A DNA stretch of 50,326 bases, taken from the sequence record SRR31156797_966. One strand, given 5' to 3'. Of this stretch, positions 9,121 through 19,449 are shown piece after piece; the stretch's first letter is position 1, and each line of letters begins with the position of its first letter. The notes below the pieces were generated by a model. It saw nothing but the letters and a program-made list of their open reading frames with translations, was not told the DNA's origin and made no database searches. Both the position numbers and the translations under genes were made by a program.

Positions 9121-10512
9121 ATGGACCGGAAGATCAGCATTTCGCCACATATGCTTGAGCCGTTTCACAGGATTATGGACATTGGGGGTGGGATTTTTGT
9201 CCTTCTTGTTCTTTATAATATCTTTTCCCCGGAATCTTTTTCATCACGACCAACACATCTTGCATTGTTGGTTGCGGTTACGGCAGCTTTAGGGCTTATT
9301 GCTTTTCACCTTGGCGGTGTTTACCGTGACTGGGCAGTGTCGGACATTGTGCAGGAATGTAATCGTATTCTTGGCGCAGTTTTTCTTGTCTTTGGCGGAT
9401 TGTTGCTTTTGGGGTATGCCTTTAAGGTTTCAAGCATTTATTCAAGGCGGGTTGTCCTTGCGGCGATGATTTTGTGGCCGGCTTTGCTCTGTCTGGAACG
9501 TGTGTTTATACGGAGGATTGTTTCCCGTTTTTTTGCGGAAAATGTAGCCGGAAAAAGGGCGATTATTGCCGGATGCGGCAAGCTTGCGAGTTCTCTGGAT
9601 AACTGGGTGAAGGATAATCCATGGGCTGGAATCAGGATAATGGCTTTTTTTGATTCTGCTGATCCTAGCTGCAACGGAGCAACTCCCTGTGCCGGTGTGT
9701 TGGATGATCTGCCGGGTTACGTAAAGAAAAATAATATCCAGCTTGTTTTTGTGGCTTTGCCTATGCGTGATGAAGCTATGCTCAATAAGCTTATGCTCGG
9801 GCTGGAGGATACAACGGCTCAAATATATTTTTTCCCGGATATGACCATCTTTAAACATCTTATGGGCGGGGATGTGGCTCATGTTGCCGGACAGACCGCA
9901 ATTGTGCTTCGGAGCTCTCCGTTTGAAGGGATGAATGGGTTTGCCAAGCGAATGGAAGATTTGATTGTTTCCGGTTTGATTTTAGTTATGATTTCACCCT
10001 TCATGCTTCTGATCGCACTGGGGATTAAGCTAACTTCAAAAGGCCCGGTTTTTTTTACGCAATGGCGTTACGGGTTGGAGGGTGAGCCTTTTCAGATTTA
10101 TAAGTTCAGGACAATGAAGGTTCTGGAAGATGGGTATAATTTTACACCGGCAACGGAAAAAGATCCCCGTATTACCCGTTTCGGGCTGTTCCTGCGTAAA
10201 AACAGTCTTGATGAATTGCCACAGTTTTTGAATGTGCTTGGCGGGACCATGTCTATTGTCGGACCTAGACCGCATGCCGTTAAAATGAATGAAGATTATC
10301 GTAATCATATTCCCGGATATATGCTGCGTCATATTTCAAAACCGGGAATTACCGGGCTGGCCCAGATTAACGGTTATAAGGGCGAGGTCAAGAATAATGA
10401 GGATATGCAAAAGCGTATTTCCTTTGATATTGAGTATCTTCAAAATTGGTCTGTACTTATGGACTTGAAGATTATTTTTAAGACTGTCTTCAGTTTTGCC
10501 TGGAGACAGTGA
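9121..10512 (+). CDS. Undecaprenyl-phosphate sugar (glucose) phosphotransferase, WcaJ family
   Basis: N-terminal TMs; KR.EDL, YKFRTM, DPRITRFG.FLRKNSLDELPQFLNVL.G.MSIVGPRP, KPGITGLAQING. Confidence 0.92.
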   Translation: MDRKISISPHMLEPFHRIMDIGGGIFVLLVLYNIFSPESFSSRPTHLALLVAVTAALGLIAFHLGGVYRDWAVSDIVQECNRILGAVFLVFGGLLLLGYAFKVSSIYSRRVVLAAMILWPALLCLERVFIRRIVSRFFAENVAGKRAIIAGCGKLASSLDNWVKDNPWAGIRIMAFFDSADPSCNGATPCAGVLDDLPGYVKKNNIQLVFVALPMRDEAMLNKLMLGLEDTTAQIYFFPDMTIFKHLMGGDVAHVAGQTAIVLRSSPFEGMNGFAKRMEDLIVSGLILVMISPFMLLIALGIKLTSKGPVFFTQWRYGLEGEPFQIYKFRTMKVLEDGYNFTPATEKDPRITRFGLFLRKNSLDELPQFLNVLGGTMSIVGPRPHAVKMNEDYRNHIPGYMLRHISKPGITGLAQINGYKGEVKNNEDMQKRISFDIEYLQNWSVLMDLKIIFKTVFSFAWRQ

Positions 10513-10586
10513 GTATTTATGTCTGAAAAATGACCTAAGAGTTTAATTTCATTAGATAAGAATTTTATAATCTTTTAGGAGGCGAC

Positions 10587-11162
10587 GTGAAAGTCCTTAA
10601 ATCATTTGTTTTATTTTTATTTGTCATTTTCTTTGCATTGACCTCACGGGGAGCTTCCGCCCAATTGACTGTTAACGATGAATACAGGCTTGGCCCTGAG
10701 GATATCATTGAAATTTCGGTCTGGGGTGATGAAGAACTTGCCAGAGAGGTTGTAGTAAGGCCGGATGGCGGCGTTTCATTTCCTCTTGCCGGGGATTTGA
10801 ATGCCGGTGGGTTGACCGTTAATGAATTGCGCGAGAAGCTGAAGAAGCGTATCTCCGAATTTGTTCCTGACGCCCCGGTTACAGTTATTCTGCGTAAGGT
10901 GGAGCATCCCAAGGTTTATGTCATGGGAAAGGTGAATAACCCCAAAGTCCTTGTTATGGGACAGGATATGACAGTGGTTCAGGCGCTGGCTATGTCCGGG
11001 GGCTTGAGTCCTTTTGCGGAGAGCGGCAGCATTATCATCGTCCGCAAGAATAAGGACGGTTCACAGAAAGTTTTCCCCTTTGATTATGACCAGTTGGCTG
11101 ATGGGGAGAACTTGAAGCAGAATATACTTCTAAAACCTGGCGATACCATTATCGTACCTTAG
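10587..11162 (+). CDS. Short periplasmic OPX polysaccharide export protein (PES plus one SLBB domain)
   Basis: YRLGPEDIIEISVW, VRPDGGVSFPLAG, ends LKPGDTIIVP; 191 aa; no lipobox and no C-terminal OM helix. Confidence 0.88.
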   Translation: MKVLKSFVLFLFVIFFALTSRGASAQLTVNDEYRLGPEDIIEISVWGDEELAREVVVRPDGGVSFPLAGDLNAGGLTVNELREKLKKRISEFVPDAPVTVILRKVEHPKVYVMGKVNNPKVLVMGQDMTVVQALAMSGGLSPFAESGSIIIVRKNKDGSQKVFPFDYDQLADGENLKQNILLKPGDTIIVP

Positions 11163-11200
11163 GATATGTCTGTTTTAATCGATTTTGACAGGGGAGTCAG

Positions 11201-12862
11201 ATGTCAGGACCGGTCCGCAGAATTTTACGTGCTGTGATATTCAGCCTCGTGCTGGTGCCGGTTTGCGTCGTTCTCGCAGGAGAAGGAGGAGAGTCTTGGC
11301 GGGTGCGGGGTCCTGTTATTCAGCCCCTTGAAAGCTGGGCCGGCAGGGCGGAAACAGGCTCAGCTATTTTTGTGGCTGATCTTAAGCGTCCGGTGAATAA
11401 TGTGATTCTTGCCGCTGATCCTTTCGAACCTGTGGGAGATCAGGGCGCGCAGATCAGGGCTGTTGTTTCTGATGAGGTTGTGCAACAACGTGTTGCTGCC
11501 CGCGCTTCTGTCGAAAATAAAGTCACGGTTTTCCCCTCTCCTTCAGATGCTCCTCCGGTCATGTTGGCTTCTTCTGGTCTGCCCGCGGGTGGAAAATCAG
11601 GTGGAAGCACTAAAGACGACTTGCCGGAAGAGCAGGAAAGTACCAAGGTCAGCTCTGTCTCGCTGATTCCTTCGGAAAATGCCCGTAAAAAGGAAGCGAT
11701 TGCTTCAGGTGATAGCGGATTCTTCACTACACCAAAGCGTGCGGCTGGTTTGTCCGGTAAAGTTGTCAAGATCAAACCTATCATCAGACTGCGGGAAATG
11801 TATGACAGTAATGTTGATTACAAAAAATTTGATGATTTTGTCACTGAGATTGCCCCGGCGTTGAAGCTTGATATTTATGATGAAGCCATGCAGGTCAAGT
11901 TTAGAGGGGATTTTATTTACAAGGATTATCTGAACCATAATGAATTGGACAGGTATGACTACAATATAGATCTTTCCGGTAAATACCGTTTCAGTCCGGC
12001 TCTTCAGGGGGCACTGGAATTGAACCATAAACGTTACCACAATCTTGATCAAAATACATATGAATCTGGCGGCGTAGATATTGATCCTACTGTTATTTTA
12101 AAAACTTCTGCCACTCCTTCACTGACATGGCAGATGGGAGAAAAGGATAATCTGGTAATCAGCAATTATATTGATAAGACTAATTATGAGCGTAAGAGCG
12201 ATTCGGATTATCTGACCAATGTGCTTAGCTTTATCTGGGGGCATGCTCTGGACAATGAACGGACGACTTTATATGTCGGTGAAATGAATACCTTTACTCA
12301 TTTCAGCCGTGAGATTGATGATTTCAAGAGTGATCAAATTTCCTTTCAGGGAGTAGTTGGTATTGATCACCAGTTCACCGAGGGTTGGAAACTTTCAGTA
12401 AAGGGTGGGCCGGGAATTACTTCTTCCAATTATTCAAGTGATACAACTACCGGGGATAGTCTTGATTTTCTTTACCAATTTCGCGCTGAGTTGGGATATC
12501 GTGAGCTGAAATTCAGCGTTGTCCCGGCTATTGAAAGGACTGTACGCCCCGGGCGGTATGGAGAGAATGAAATTTTCGATCAGGCGGAAATTTATTTTAG
12601 ATATGAATTTTCGGAGTATTTAACCCTAGACAATATCAATACATATTGGATGAATGAGTCTGCTGGAGAGAGCGGAGGAAGGAAGCATAAGGCGAAAGGT
12701 GTTTTTTCCCAAGCTATCGTAAATTGGGAATTTGAAAAAGATTGGACCGCATATTGTGGATTAAGCGTCAATCTTTCGCTCAATGAAATCAGTGACTCTA
12801 ATGATGAAAGATTTAAAAGTTGGGTCGGTTTTTCTTATTCATTTCCGACTGAGATAAATTAA
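11201..12862 (+). CDS. Outer-membrane beta-barrel for polysaccharide export, with long N-terminal extension
   Basis: Signal peptide; barrel starts near IRLREMYDSNV; alternating beta strands; VGFSYSF near the C-terminus; directly after OPX. Confidence 0.7.
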   Translation: MSGPVRRILRAVIFSLVLVPVCVVLAGEGGESWRVRGPVIQPLESWAGRAETGSAIFVADLKRPVNNVILAADPFEPVGDQGAQIRAVVSDEVVQQRVAARASVENKVTVFPSPSDAPPVMLASSGLPAGGKSGGSTKDDLPEEQESTKVSSVSLIPSENARKKEAIASGDSGFFTTPKRAAGLSGKVVKIKPIIRLREMYDSNVDYKKFDDFVTEIAPALKLDIYDEAMQVKFRGDFIYKDYLNHNELDRYDYNIDLSGKYRFSPALQGALELNHKRYHNLDQNTYESGGVDIDPTVILKTSATPSLTWQMGEKDNLVISNYIDKTNYERKSDSDYLTNVLSFIWGHALDNERTTLYVGEMNTFTHFSREIDDFKSDQISFQGVVGIDHQFTEGWKLSVKGGPGITSSNYSSDTTTGDSLDFLYQFRAELGYRELKFSVVPAIERTVRPGRYGENEIFDQAEIYFRYEFSEYLTLDNINTYWMNESAGESGGRKHKAKGVFSQAIVNWEFEKDWTAYCGLSVNLSLNEISDSNDERFKSWVGFSYSFPTEIN

Positions 12863-12874
12863 GGGAGCGGGCAT

Positions 12875-14626
12875 ATGCAGGAAAGCTCGGATATTGCATA
12901 TTATTTAGATGTACTTAAGCGTAGGAAATATCAGTTCCTTTTGCCTGCGGGAGCTATCTTTTCTTTAATTTTCATATTGGCTTTTGTGTTAGCCCCGGTC
13001 TACAAGTCCACGGCAACCATCCTGATTGAGGATCAGGATATTCCGCAGGATCTGGTTCAGACCACGGTTACCGGTTTTGTTGAAGAAAGGTTGCAGGCTA
13101 TTTCACAGGTCGTTCTCAGTCATGGCAATCTTTTGAATATTATCAAGGAATTTGAGCTGTATCCTGATCTTGTCGGTAGATATACCACCGAAGAGATTAT
13201 CGCCAAAATGCGCGAGGATATCCAATTAGAACCGATTACCGCTGAAGTGACCAACCAGTATTCCGGTCGTCCGGGGACAGCTACTGTGGCATTTACCCTT
13301 TCTTATGAGGGGCGTAGTCCGCAGAAGGTTGCTCAGGTTGCGAACGTCCTCACCTCTCTGTACTTGAAGGAAAATTTGAAGGAGAGAGAGGAAAAAGCCA
13401 CGTCGACATTTGAGTTTCTTGAATTGCAGCTTGCCGAGTTGCGTTCCGAAATTTTGGAATTGGAATCAAATATCGCTCTTTTCAAGGAAGGCCATGTAAA
13501 TGAGTTACCGGAACTGTTGATTCATAACATGAATTCCATGGAACGCCTCCAGCGGGAACTTGATCAGGTTCAGGAGCAGATTGCATCACTCAAGAACCGT
13601 AAGGTCTATCTTGAAGGGCAGCGAGCCAGTATTGACCCTCACTTGCGTATAGTCGCTAATGATGGAACCCGTTTCCCCACTGCACGGGAGGATCTTGAAA
13701 AACTCAGGCGTGAGTATCTTACCCTGCAATCGCGGTATTCTTCAAGACATCCTGATGTGCTGGCCATGAAGAGGCAGATTGACTCTCTTGAGAGGGAAGT
13801 TGATGCCGCTGACAACCTTGAATCAATTAGCCGGGAAATCAAGAATAAAGAGCAGGAACTTACGGTCTTGCGTAAGAGATATTCGGAGAAGCATCCTGAA
13901 GTGATCATGCTGCGTAAGCAGATTGATTCTCTTAATGAGAACCTTGAAGAAGCGGCCCTGCAGGACGCTATGTTTGATTCTACATCTGAACTTCCTGATA
14001 ATCCGGGATACATTCAGATTGAAACTCAGATTGCTTCTACTGAACTTGAAATTGCTGAGGCGGAAAGAAACTATGCGGAGCTTACCAATAAATATGCTTC
14101 CTACCAGCGCAGAGTAGTCAACACTCCGCAGGTGGAGCAGGAATATAAGGTCCTGCTGCGTGATTATGAAAATGCCCAGATGAAGTATCAGGACATCAAT
14201 AACAGGCTGCTGGCTGCCCGTGAGGCAAAGGGATTGGAACAGAGTCAGCTTGCTGAGCGTTTTACCCTCATCGACCCGCCAATTGTTCCGGAAAAACCGA
14301 TTCGGCCTAACAGGCTGGCTTTGATTCTTGTCGGCTTTGTGCTTTCTCTCGGTGTGGGAGCCGGTACCGGTACTGTCTTGGAGTTCATGGATCGTTCAAT
14401 CCGCAGGCCGGAAGAGCTGTCGGCTATTGCTAAGTATCCGGTACTTGCCATTGTTCCATATTGGGAGACTGAGTTGGAGGCCCGGGCGCTGGTGCGTAGA
14501 AAGTGGATTATGACGTTCGGGTTTATATTTACCGTGGCATTGAGTGTGGCTGCGGTACATATTTTCTTTATGCCGATTGATGTTATTGCTGTTAAAGTAG
14601 TGCGCAAAATAATTTTGAATTTTTAA
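12875..14626 (+). CDS. Polysaccharide co-polymerase (Wzc/GumC-like chain-length determinant)
   Basis: LKRRK..TM..PVYKSTATILIE; coiled coils with two YS..HP.V repeats; IDPPIVPEKPIRPNR then TM. Confidence 0.9.
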   Translation: MQESSDIAYYLDVLKRRKYQFLLPAGAIFSLIFILAFVLAPVYKSTATILIEDQDIPQDLVQTTVTGFVEERLQAISQVVLSHGNLLNIIKEFELYPDLVGRYTTEEIIAKMREDIQLEPITAEVTNQYSGRPGTATVAFTLSYEGRSPQKVAQVANVLTSLYLKENLKEREEKATSTFEFLELQLAELRSEILELESNIALFKEGHVNELPELLIHNMNSMERLQRELDQVQEQIASLKNRKVYLEGQRASIDPHLRIVANDGTRFPTAREDLEKLRREYLTLQSRYSSRHPDVLAMKRQIDSLEREVDAADNLESISREIKNKEQELTVLRKRYSEKHPEVIMLRKQIDSLNENLEEAALQDAMFDSTSELPDNPGYIQIETQIASTELEIAEAERNYAELTNKYASYQRRVVNTPQVEQEYKVLLRDYENAQMKYQDINNRLLAAREAKGLEQSQLAERFTLIDPPIVPEKPIRPNRLALILVGFVLSLGVGAGTGTVLEFMDRSIRRPEELSAIAKYPVLAIVPYWETELEARALVRRKWIMTFGFIFTVALSVAAVHIFFMPIDVIAVKVVRKIILNF

Positions 14627-14642
14627 TGGACGGGGAGTCAAC

Positions 14643-15530
14643 ATGAGCAAGTTGCTCAAGGCTGTTGAAAAGGCCAAACGAAATCGTATGTTGCAGGAAG
14701 AGCAATCCAGTATAGAAAACGGGGAAGCACCCGTCGAACATGCTGCTGTAGAAATACAGTCCCCTGTGCCTGAAGCTGATAAAGACGGTGAATCTGGTGC
14801 ACCGGCAGAGATGGAACAAAGCTGCAAAATCCCGACAAGTTTTTATAATGACGATATTGAACTTGATGAGCTGGAGCTTGCGAAGAACAGGATTCTTACC
14901 AAAAATAGCAGTTCTTCCTTCACAGACATCTACAACCTGTTGCGGACCCAGATTTTTCATCGTACCAAGAGGAAAAAGCATAATGTGTTGATGGTTACCA
15001 GTGCCATGCCCGGAGAAGGGAAGACCATTACTTCCATTAATCTGGCTATCAGTATTGCCCGTGAGGTGGACCAGTTCGCCCTGCTGGTGGATACGGACAT
15101 GCGTAACCCAAGCATTCATAAGTATCTGGGAATAGAGGTGGAAAAAGGGCTGACCGATCATCTTCTCCATGATATTCCTGTACCTGACCTTTTAATTAAG
15201 CCGGGTATCAATAAACTTTCTTTCCTTCCTGCCGGGGAACCGATCAAAGGGTCCACCGAGATTCTAGGGTCTCCCAAGCTTCAGGAGTTGATTACGGAAA
15301 TGAAGGACCGCTATCCGGACCGATATGTGGTATTCGATTGTCCGGATTTGCTGCATGCGCCTGATGCATTGGTTTTTTCCAGCTATGTGGATGGAATTGT
15401 CTTTGTTGTTGAAGCTGGTAAAACTTCACGTGAATATGTGCAGAAAGCTCTTAATCTTCTTGAAGGACGAAATATTGTGGGTATTGTCCTTAATAAGACT
15501 GATAAGGAAAGCCTGAATGTTATCAGCTGA
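14643..15530 (+). CDS. BY-kinase-like (CpsD/CapB) P-loop protein
   Basis: VTSAMPGEGKT Walker A, LLVDTDMRNPS A', VVFDCP Walker B, GIVLNK; no C-terminal Tyr cluster. Confidence 0.85.
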   Translation: MSKLLKAVEKAKRNRMLQEEQSSIENGEAPVEHAAVEIQSPVPEADKDGESGAPAEMEQSCKIPTSFYNDDIELDELELAKNRILTKNSSSSFTDIYNLLRTQIFHRTKRKKHNVLMVTSAMPGEGKTITSINLAISIAREVDQFALLVDTDMRNPSIHKYLGIEVEKGLTDHLLHDIPVPDLLIKPGINKLSFLPAGEPIKGSTEILGSPKLQELITEMKDRYPDRYVVFDCPDLLHAPDALVFSSYVDGIVFVVEAGKTSREYVQKALNLLEGRNIVGIVLNKTDKESLNVIS

Positions 15531-15542
15531 GGTGGTGGTTAA

Positions 15543-16523
15543 ATGTATTTAGAGTTCTACGGCTTGAACGAAAAGCCTTTTAATATTTTGCCCGACCCTG
15601 AATATTTTTATTTGAGCCAGTGGCATCAGCAGGCCCTTACCCATATTGATTACGGCCTGATGAACGGTGATAGTTTGATTTTGCTCACCGGGGATGCCGG
15701 AACTGGCAAAACTTCCATCATCTATAAGCTGGTGGTGGAGCACTGTGATGATACCATTGTCGGGGTGATTTTCAATAGTGCTGTGGGTGGCGATTACATT
15801 GTGGAGATGATTCTTACCGAACTTGAAGCCGAGCTGCCTGAAAATCCTACCCCTGCTTCATGTCTTGATGCCCTGCAGCAGCATCTGCTTAATATTTATA
15901 CCAACAAGGATAAGCGGGTCCTGCTTATTCTGGATGAAGCCCAGAACTTGAGCGATGAAGCCCTTGAACAGGTCCGTATGATTTCCAATCTGCAGGCCGG
16001 AAAAGATAATCTCATCTCCATTCTTATGGTCGGTCAGACCGGTTTTCGCGATCGTTTGCGTAAGGCCCGCTACAGCCAGATTGTACAGCGTATTGTAGTC
16101 AGTGCCCATCTTTCCCGGCTGCGGGAGCAGGAAGTTAAGGAATATATTTACTACCGTTTGCGTCAGGGCGGAGCCGAGGACCCGTTTATGGTTTTCACCG
16201 AGGATGCTGTGACAATGATTAACGAGTATTCTCACGGTATTCCACGTAATATTAATGTCCTCTGCGAAGGTTCACTGATATTTGGATTTGCGGATGATAT
16301 TAAGCCTGTCAGCGCCGAGGTTGTGGAGACTTTTGCCAAAGAGCGTATAAACGATGGGCTTCTTACCGTGCCTGAATCTTCAAATTCCTATGATGAGGAT
16401 GAGGTGGGTCGCTATATTGATGAGCTGGAAAAAAGGGTGGCCAGTCTTGAGTCCTCGGTGGGTATTGTAAAACGTACTTTGGTCAAGATAATAAAGAAAT
16501 TGAAGATTATGAGTTTGAAATAA
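15543..16523 (+). CDS. ExeA-family AAA ATPase (exosortase/EPS-locus associated)
   Basis: MYLEFYGLNEKPF, TGDAGTGKT, LILDEAQNL, GIPRNINVLC. Confidence 0.9.
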   Translation: MYLEFYGLNEKPFNILPDPEYFYLSQWHQQALTHIDYGLMNGDSLILLTGDAGTGKTSIIYKLVVEHCDDTIVGVIFNSAVGGDYIVEMILTELEAELPENPTPASCLDALQQHLLNIYTNKDKRVLLILDEAQNLSDEALEQVRMISNLQAGKDNLISILMVGQTGFRDRLRKARYSQIVQRIVVSAHLSRLREQEVKEYIYYRLRQGGAEDPFMVFTEDAVTMINEYSHGIPRNINVLCEGSLIFGFADDIKPVSAEVVETFAKERINDGLLTVPESSNSYDEDEVGRYIDELEKRVASLESSVGIVKRTLVKIIKKLKIMSLK

Positions 16524-16537
16524 ATCAAGGGGGCGCA

Positions 16538-18478
16538 ATGCGGCATAAGCCGATCATGGCAGTACTGGTGCTTGTTGCGGTCTTATGGATATTCCCATTT
16601 TCCGCAGCAGCAGCTGATTATTCCGTATTCAAGGAACGTCCCAGAATTTATTTCGATAAGGTTCGTTTAGAACAACTACGCTCTTTTAAAGACGAAAAGC
16701 CGTACTCTGATTTTTTACGCATCATCCGTAAGCGGGCCCGAGCAATGATAGGCAACAGGGTTCCCAATAATTTGCTTCGTTACAATAGTGAAACTGTGCG
16801 CCGTCCTGCTGACGGGTTGGTGGACAATGCTTTTTACTATCTCATTACCGGTGATTCCAGTTCGTTTATTGCTATGCAGAATTTGTTGCGGACTTTCTGT
16901 TCCGCGCAGGTCTGGGGCAATAACGAGGATATCGGAGCTGCACACGGACTTTTTGCCCTCTCACTCGCCTATGACTGGTTTTATGATGAATTATCTTCGG
17001 CTATGCGGCTGATGGTTAAGGATTCCATTATTGAACATGCAGAAATTCTGGATGAAATCCTTCGCTCAAAACGTCTTTGGTGGGCTCAGTCGCGTGGTCT
17101 GCTTCAGAACCATAACTATGTAAATACCGGGGCTTTGGCTGTTGCAGGGATTGCCTTATACGGTGAGGACCGTCGGGCTTTAAAATGGTTGAAAACAGCT
17201 GAAGAGAATTTCAGCGAGGTTTTGCCCCTGCTTTCCCCGGATGGTGCCTCCCATGAAGGGGTTGCCTATTGGAGCTATGGTACGCTCTGGCTGTTGAATT
17301 ACTATATGGCTATGGAGCCGGCTCAAGGCTTAGGGATGGTCCGTTCCAGCGATTTTTTGCGCAACACAGCCAAGTTCAGACTTTACGCTTCCTTGCCTGG
17401 ATTCAGGTACAATGTTGATTTTGCGGATTCACCCATGGTTGATTTCTACGGCCCGGGGGCAACTTTGCGTTGTCTTGCGCGGATTTTCAAAGACGGACAT
17501 GCCCAGTGGCTGGCAGCTGAGGTTGAGCGTAAAAGACGCATGAGCACTGTGCTCTGGCAGGATTACATCTGGTACGATTCGCAGATACAGCCGCAGGAAC
17601 CACAGAACCTTCCGCTTTATGCCTGGTTCGGAAATCTCGGAATTCTGCTGACACGCTCTTCATGGAAAGATGATGCTTCGCTGGTATTTTTTAAGTGCGG
17701 TCCACCCCAGGGATTTCATGCTTTATCCAAGGGTGTTTTTCCCGGTTCACATATTCATCCTGATGCCGGTCATTTTGGACTCTGGTTGGGCAAGCGTTCA
17801 CTGGTTAATGATGACGGGTTTCTGCTCAAGAAACTTTCTATCAATCATAATATTCCCGTTTTTAATAAGATAGGCCAGTTGGGTGAAGGTACGTCGGTTT
17901 TCCAGCTCTATGATTACAAGAAGGGCAAAGGTTCTACACCTAAACCGCGGTTTGTAAGTGGGGAAGGATTTCAAGGTGTTGAAGTCGAGTTGGCTGGATA
18001 CTATCCTGCTTCAGTGCGCCCGAAATCTTGGAAGCGGGCAATTGTGGTGATCAATGGGGAAGATTTTTTTGTGCGTGACCGTATAATTCCGGCAGGTAAC
18101 ACCAGCATCGTTTATCCCGTACACGTGTACCGCAAGGGGCGTCTGGTCAGAGATGCCGGAGAGGGGAAGGTCTGTATAGAGCGGGATAGTGGTTATGCCC
18201 TTAATTTTTATGGTCAGGGCTTCAAAACTTCACTTAAGCGGTATGCAGGACTTTTGTGGTTTATGGGTAAGAAAATTCCCCGCTCAGGTATGCTTTTTCA
18301 GGCGGAGCGCAAGACTTCTTCCTCATCTATCATGTATACGGCGGTGGGACGGACTTCTGAAAGATGCACAGATCCCTCATTGCTCGGCAGTTCTGTCGGC
18401 GGAGATCGTATTGAAGTTGAGTGCCGTAGCGGTAGATACATGATTGATTTTTCAAAGCTTGAGGTCCGTAAATTATGA
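16538..18478 (+). CDS. Exported heparinase II/III-fold (DUF4962-like) protein; polysaccharide lyase or C5-epimerase
   Basis: Sec signal ending AAAA; ERPRIYF, LQNHN, PDGASHEGVAYWSYG, FADS, RSSW, FKCGP, SHIHPDAGHF, HN motifs. Confidence 0.75.
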   Translation: MRHKPIMAVLVLVAVLWIFPFSAAAADYSVFKERPRIYFDKVRLEQLRSFKDEKPYSDFLRIIRKRARAMIGNRVPNNLLRYNSETVRRPADGLVDNAFYYLITGDSSSFIAMQNLLRTFCSAQVWGNNEDIGAAHGLFALSLAYDWFYDELSSAMRLMVKDSIIEHAEILDEILRSKRLWWAQSRGLLQNHNYVNTGALAVAGIALYGEDRRALKWLKTAEENFSEVLPLLSPDGASHEGVAYWSYGTLWLLNYYMAMEPAQGLGMVRSSDFLRNTAKFRLYASLPGFRYNVDFADSPMVDFYGPGATLRCLARIFKDGHAQWLAAEVERKRRMSTVLWQDYIWYDSQIQPQEPQNLPLYAWFGNLGILLTRSSWKDDASLVFFKCGPPQGFHALSKGVFPGSHIHPDAGHFGLWLGKRSLVNDDGFLLKKLSINHNIPVFNKIGQLGEGTSVFQLYDYKKGKGSTPKPRFVSGEGFQGVEVELAGYYPASVRPKSWKRAIVVINGEDFFVRDRIIPAGNTSIVYPVHVYRKGRLVRDAGEGKVCIERDSGYALNFYGQGFKTSLKRYAGLLWFMGKKIPRSGMLFQAERKTSSSSIMYTAVGRTSERCTDPSLLGSSVGGDRIEVECRSGRYMIDFSKLEVRKL

Positions 18479-19449
18479 TTCATGCATTCATTCTCTATGA
18501 CAGCAGATCCGGTTCGACTTTGCTTTCTTCTTTGCTGAATCGTTATACCGGGGTTGTGGTCGGTCAAGAGAGTCATTTTATTTCCCTTGTTCTGGAAAAT
18601 TACCGTGATGAAAAATTATTGAGTATCGAAGGGGTGCTGGAGCTGCTTTATTCCGAACCCCGTTTTGTTGAATGGAATGTTGATCGGGAGCAGTTGCGTA
18701 GTCGGCTGGTTGCTTTAGGAGCATTGAGTTATCGCACTGTGATTGATGCTGTTTTTACGGAATATCTTAAGGTGCGCGGGGAAAAACTGCCCGAAGTTCT
18801 GGTCATCAAAGGTGCTAGGCACGATTTTCACTTGGACAAATTGAAAACTATATATAGCGATGCACTCTTTGTTTTTCTGCTTCGTGACGGAAGGGCTGTG
18901 TTTAATTCAAAATTGGACATGGTTTCCCTGACCGGGATGAAGATGTCCAACAATGTCTTTCAAGCCGCCTTTGATTGGAAGAATATGGTGCATAGAGTGG
19001 CTGGACGACCGATGATCCGTTTGCGTTTTGAAGACCTGCTTGAAGCCCCGGAGCGGGAAGTCGATCGCATACTTGATAAATTAGGTGTCAGTCTTGAAGG
19101 TAAGAAAATTACTTCATCACAACAGGATTACTATCAGCTGATCGGAAAGAAGCAAAAGCATCTGCACGAGAATGTCGGGCGAGCCCCGGACCGCAAGATT
19201 GCAGTGAAATGGAAAGAACGGTTAAGTCCTTCCCAGATCCAGCTGTACGAGCTTATCTGTGCCCGTGAGCTTCTGCAGAACGGGTATGAATTATGCGCAC
19301 CGGGTAATGTTCCGTTTAAGCAGAGCATGTGCGTGATTATCGGGCAGGCTTTGCATTGGCTTTGGCTGAAAGTGCGTAATGTTTTATATTATACTTTTGT
19401 TGAGCGGAGTTTTTTTCGCAAGTTGAGGGAAAAGCGGTTTGAGCAGTAA
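18475..19449 (+). CDS. PAPS-dependent sulfotransferase
   Basis: 5'-PSB loop SRSGSTLL, 3'-PB motif LRDGRAVFNS, LRFEDLLEAPE, KWKERLS; ATGA overlap with upstream gene. Confidence 0.88.
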   Translation: MIHAFILYDSRSGSTLLSSLLNRYTGVVVGQESHFISLVLENYRDEKLLSIEGVLELLYSEPRFVEWNVDREQLRSRLVALGALSYRTVIDAVFTEYLKVRGEKLPEVLVIKGARHDFHLDKLKTIYSDALFVFLLRDGRAVFNSKLDMVSLTGMKMSNNVFQAAFDWKNMVHRVAGRPMIRLRFEDLLEAPEREVDRILDKLGVSLEGKKITSSQQDYYQLIGKKQKHLHENVGRAPDRKIAVKWKERLSPSQIQLYELICARELLQNGYELCAPGNVPFKQSMCVIIGQALHWLWLKVRNVLYYTFVERSFFRKLREKRFEQ

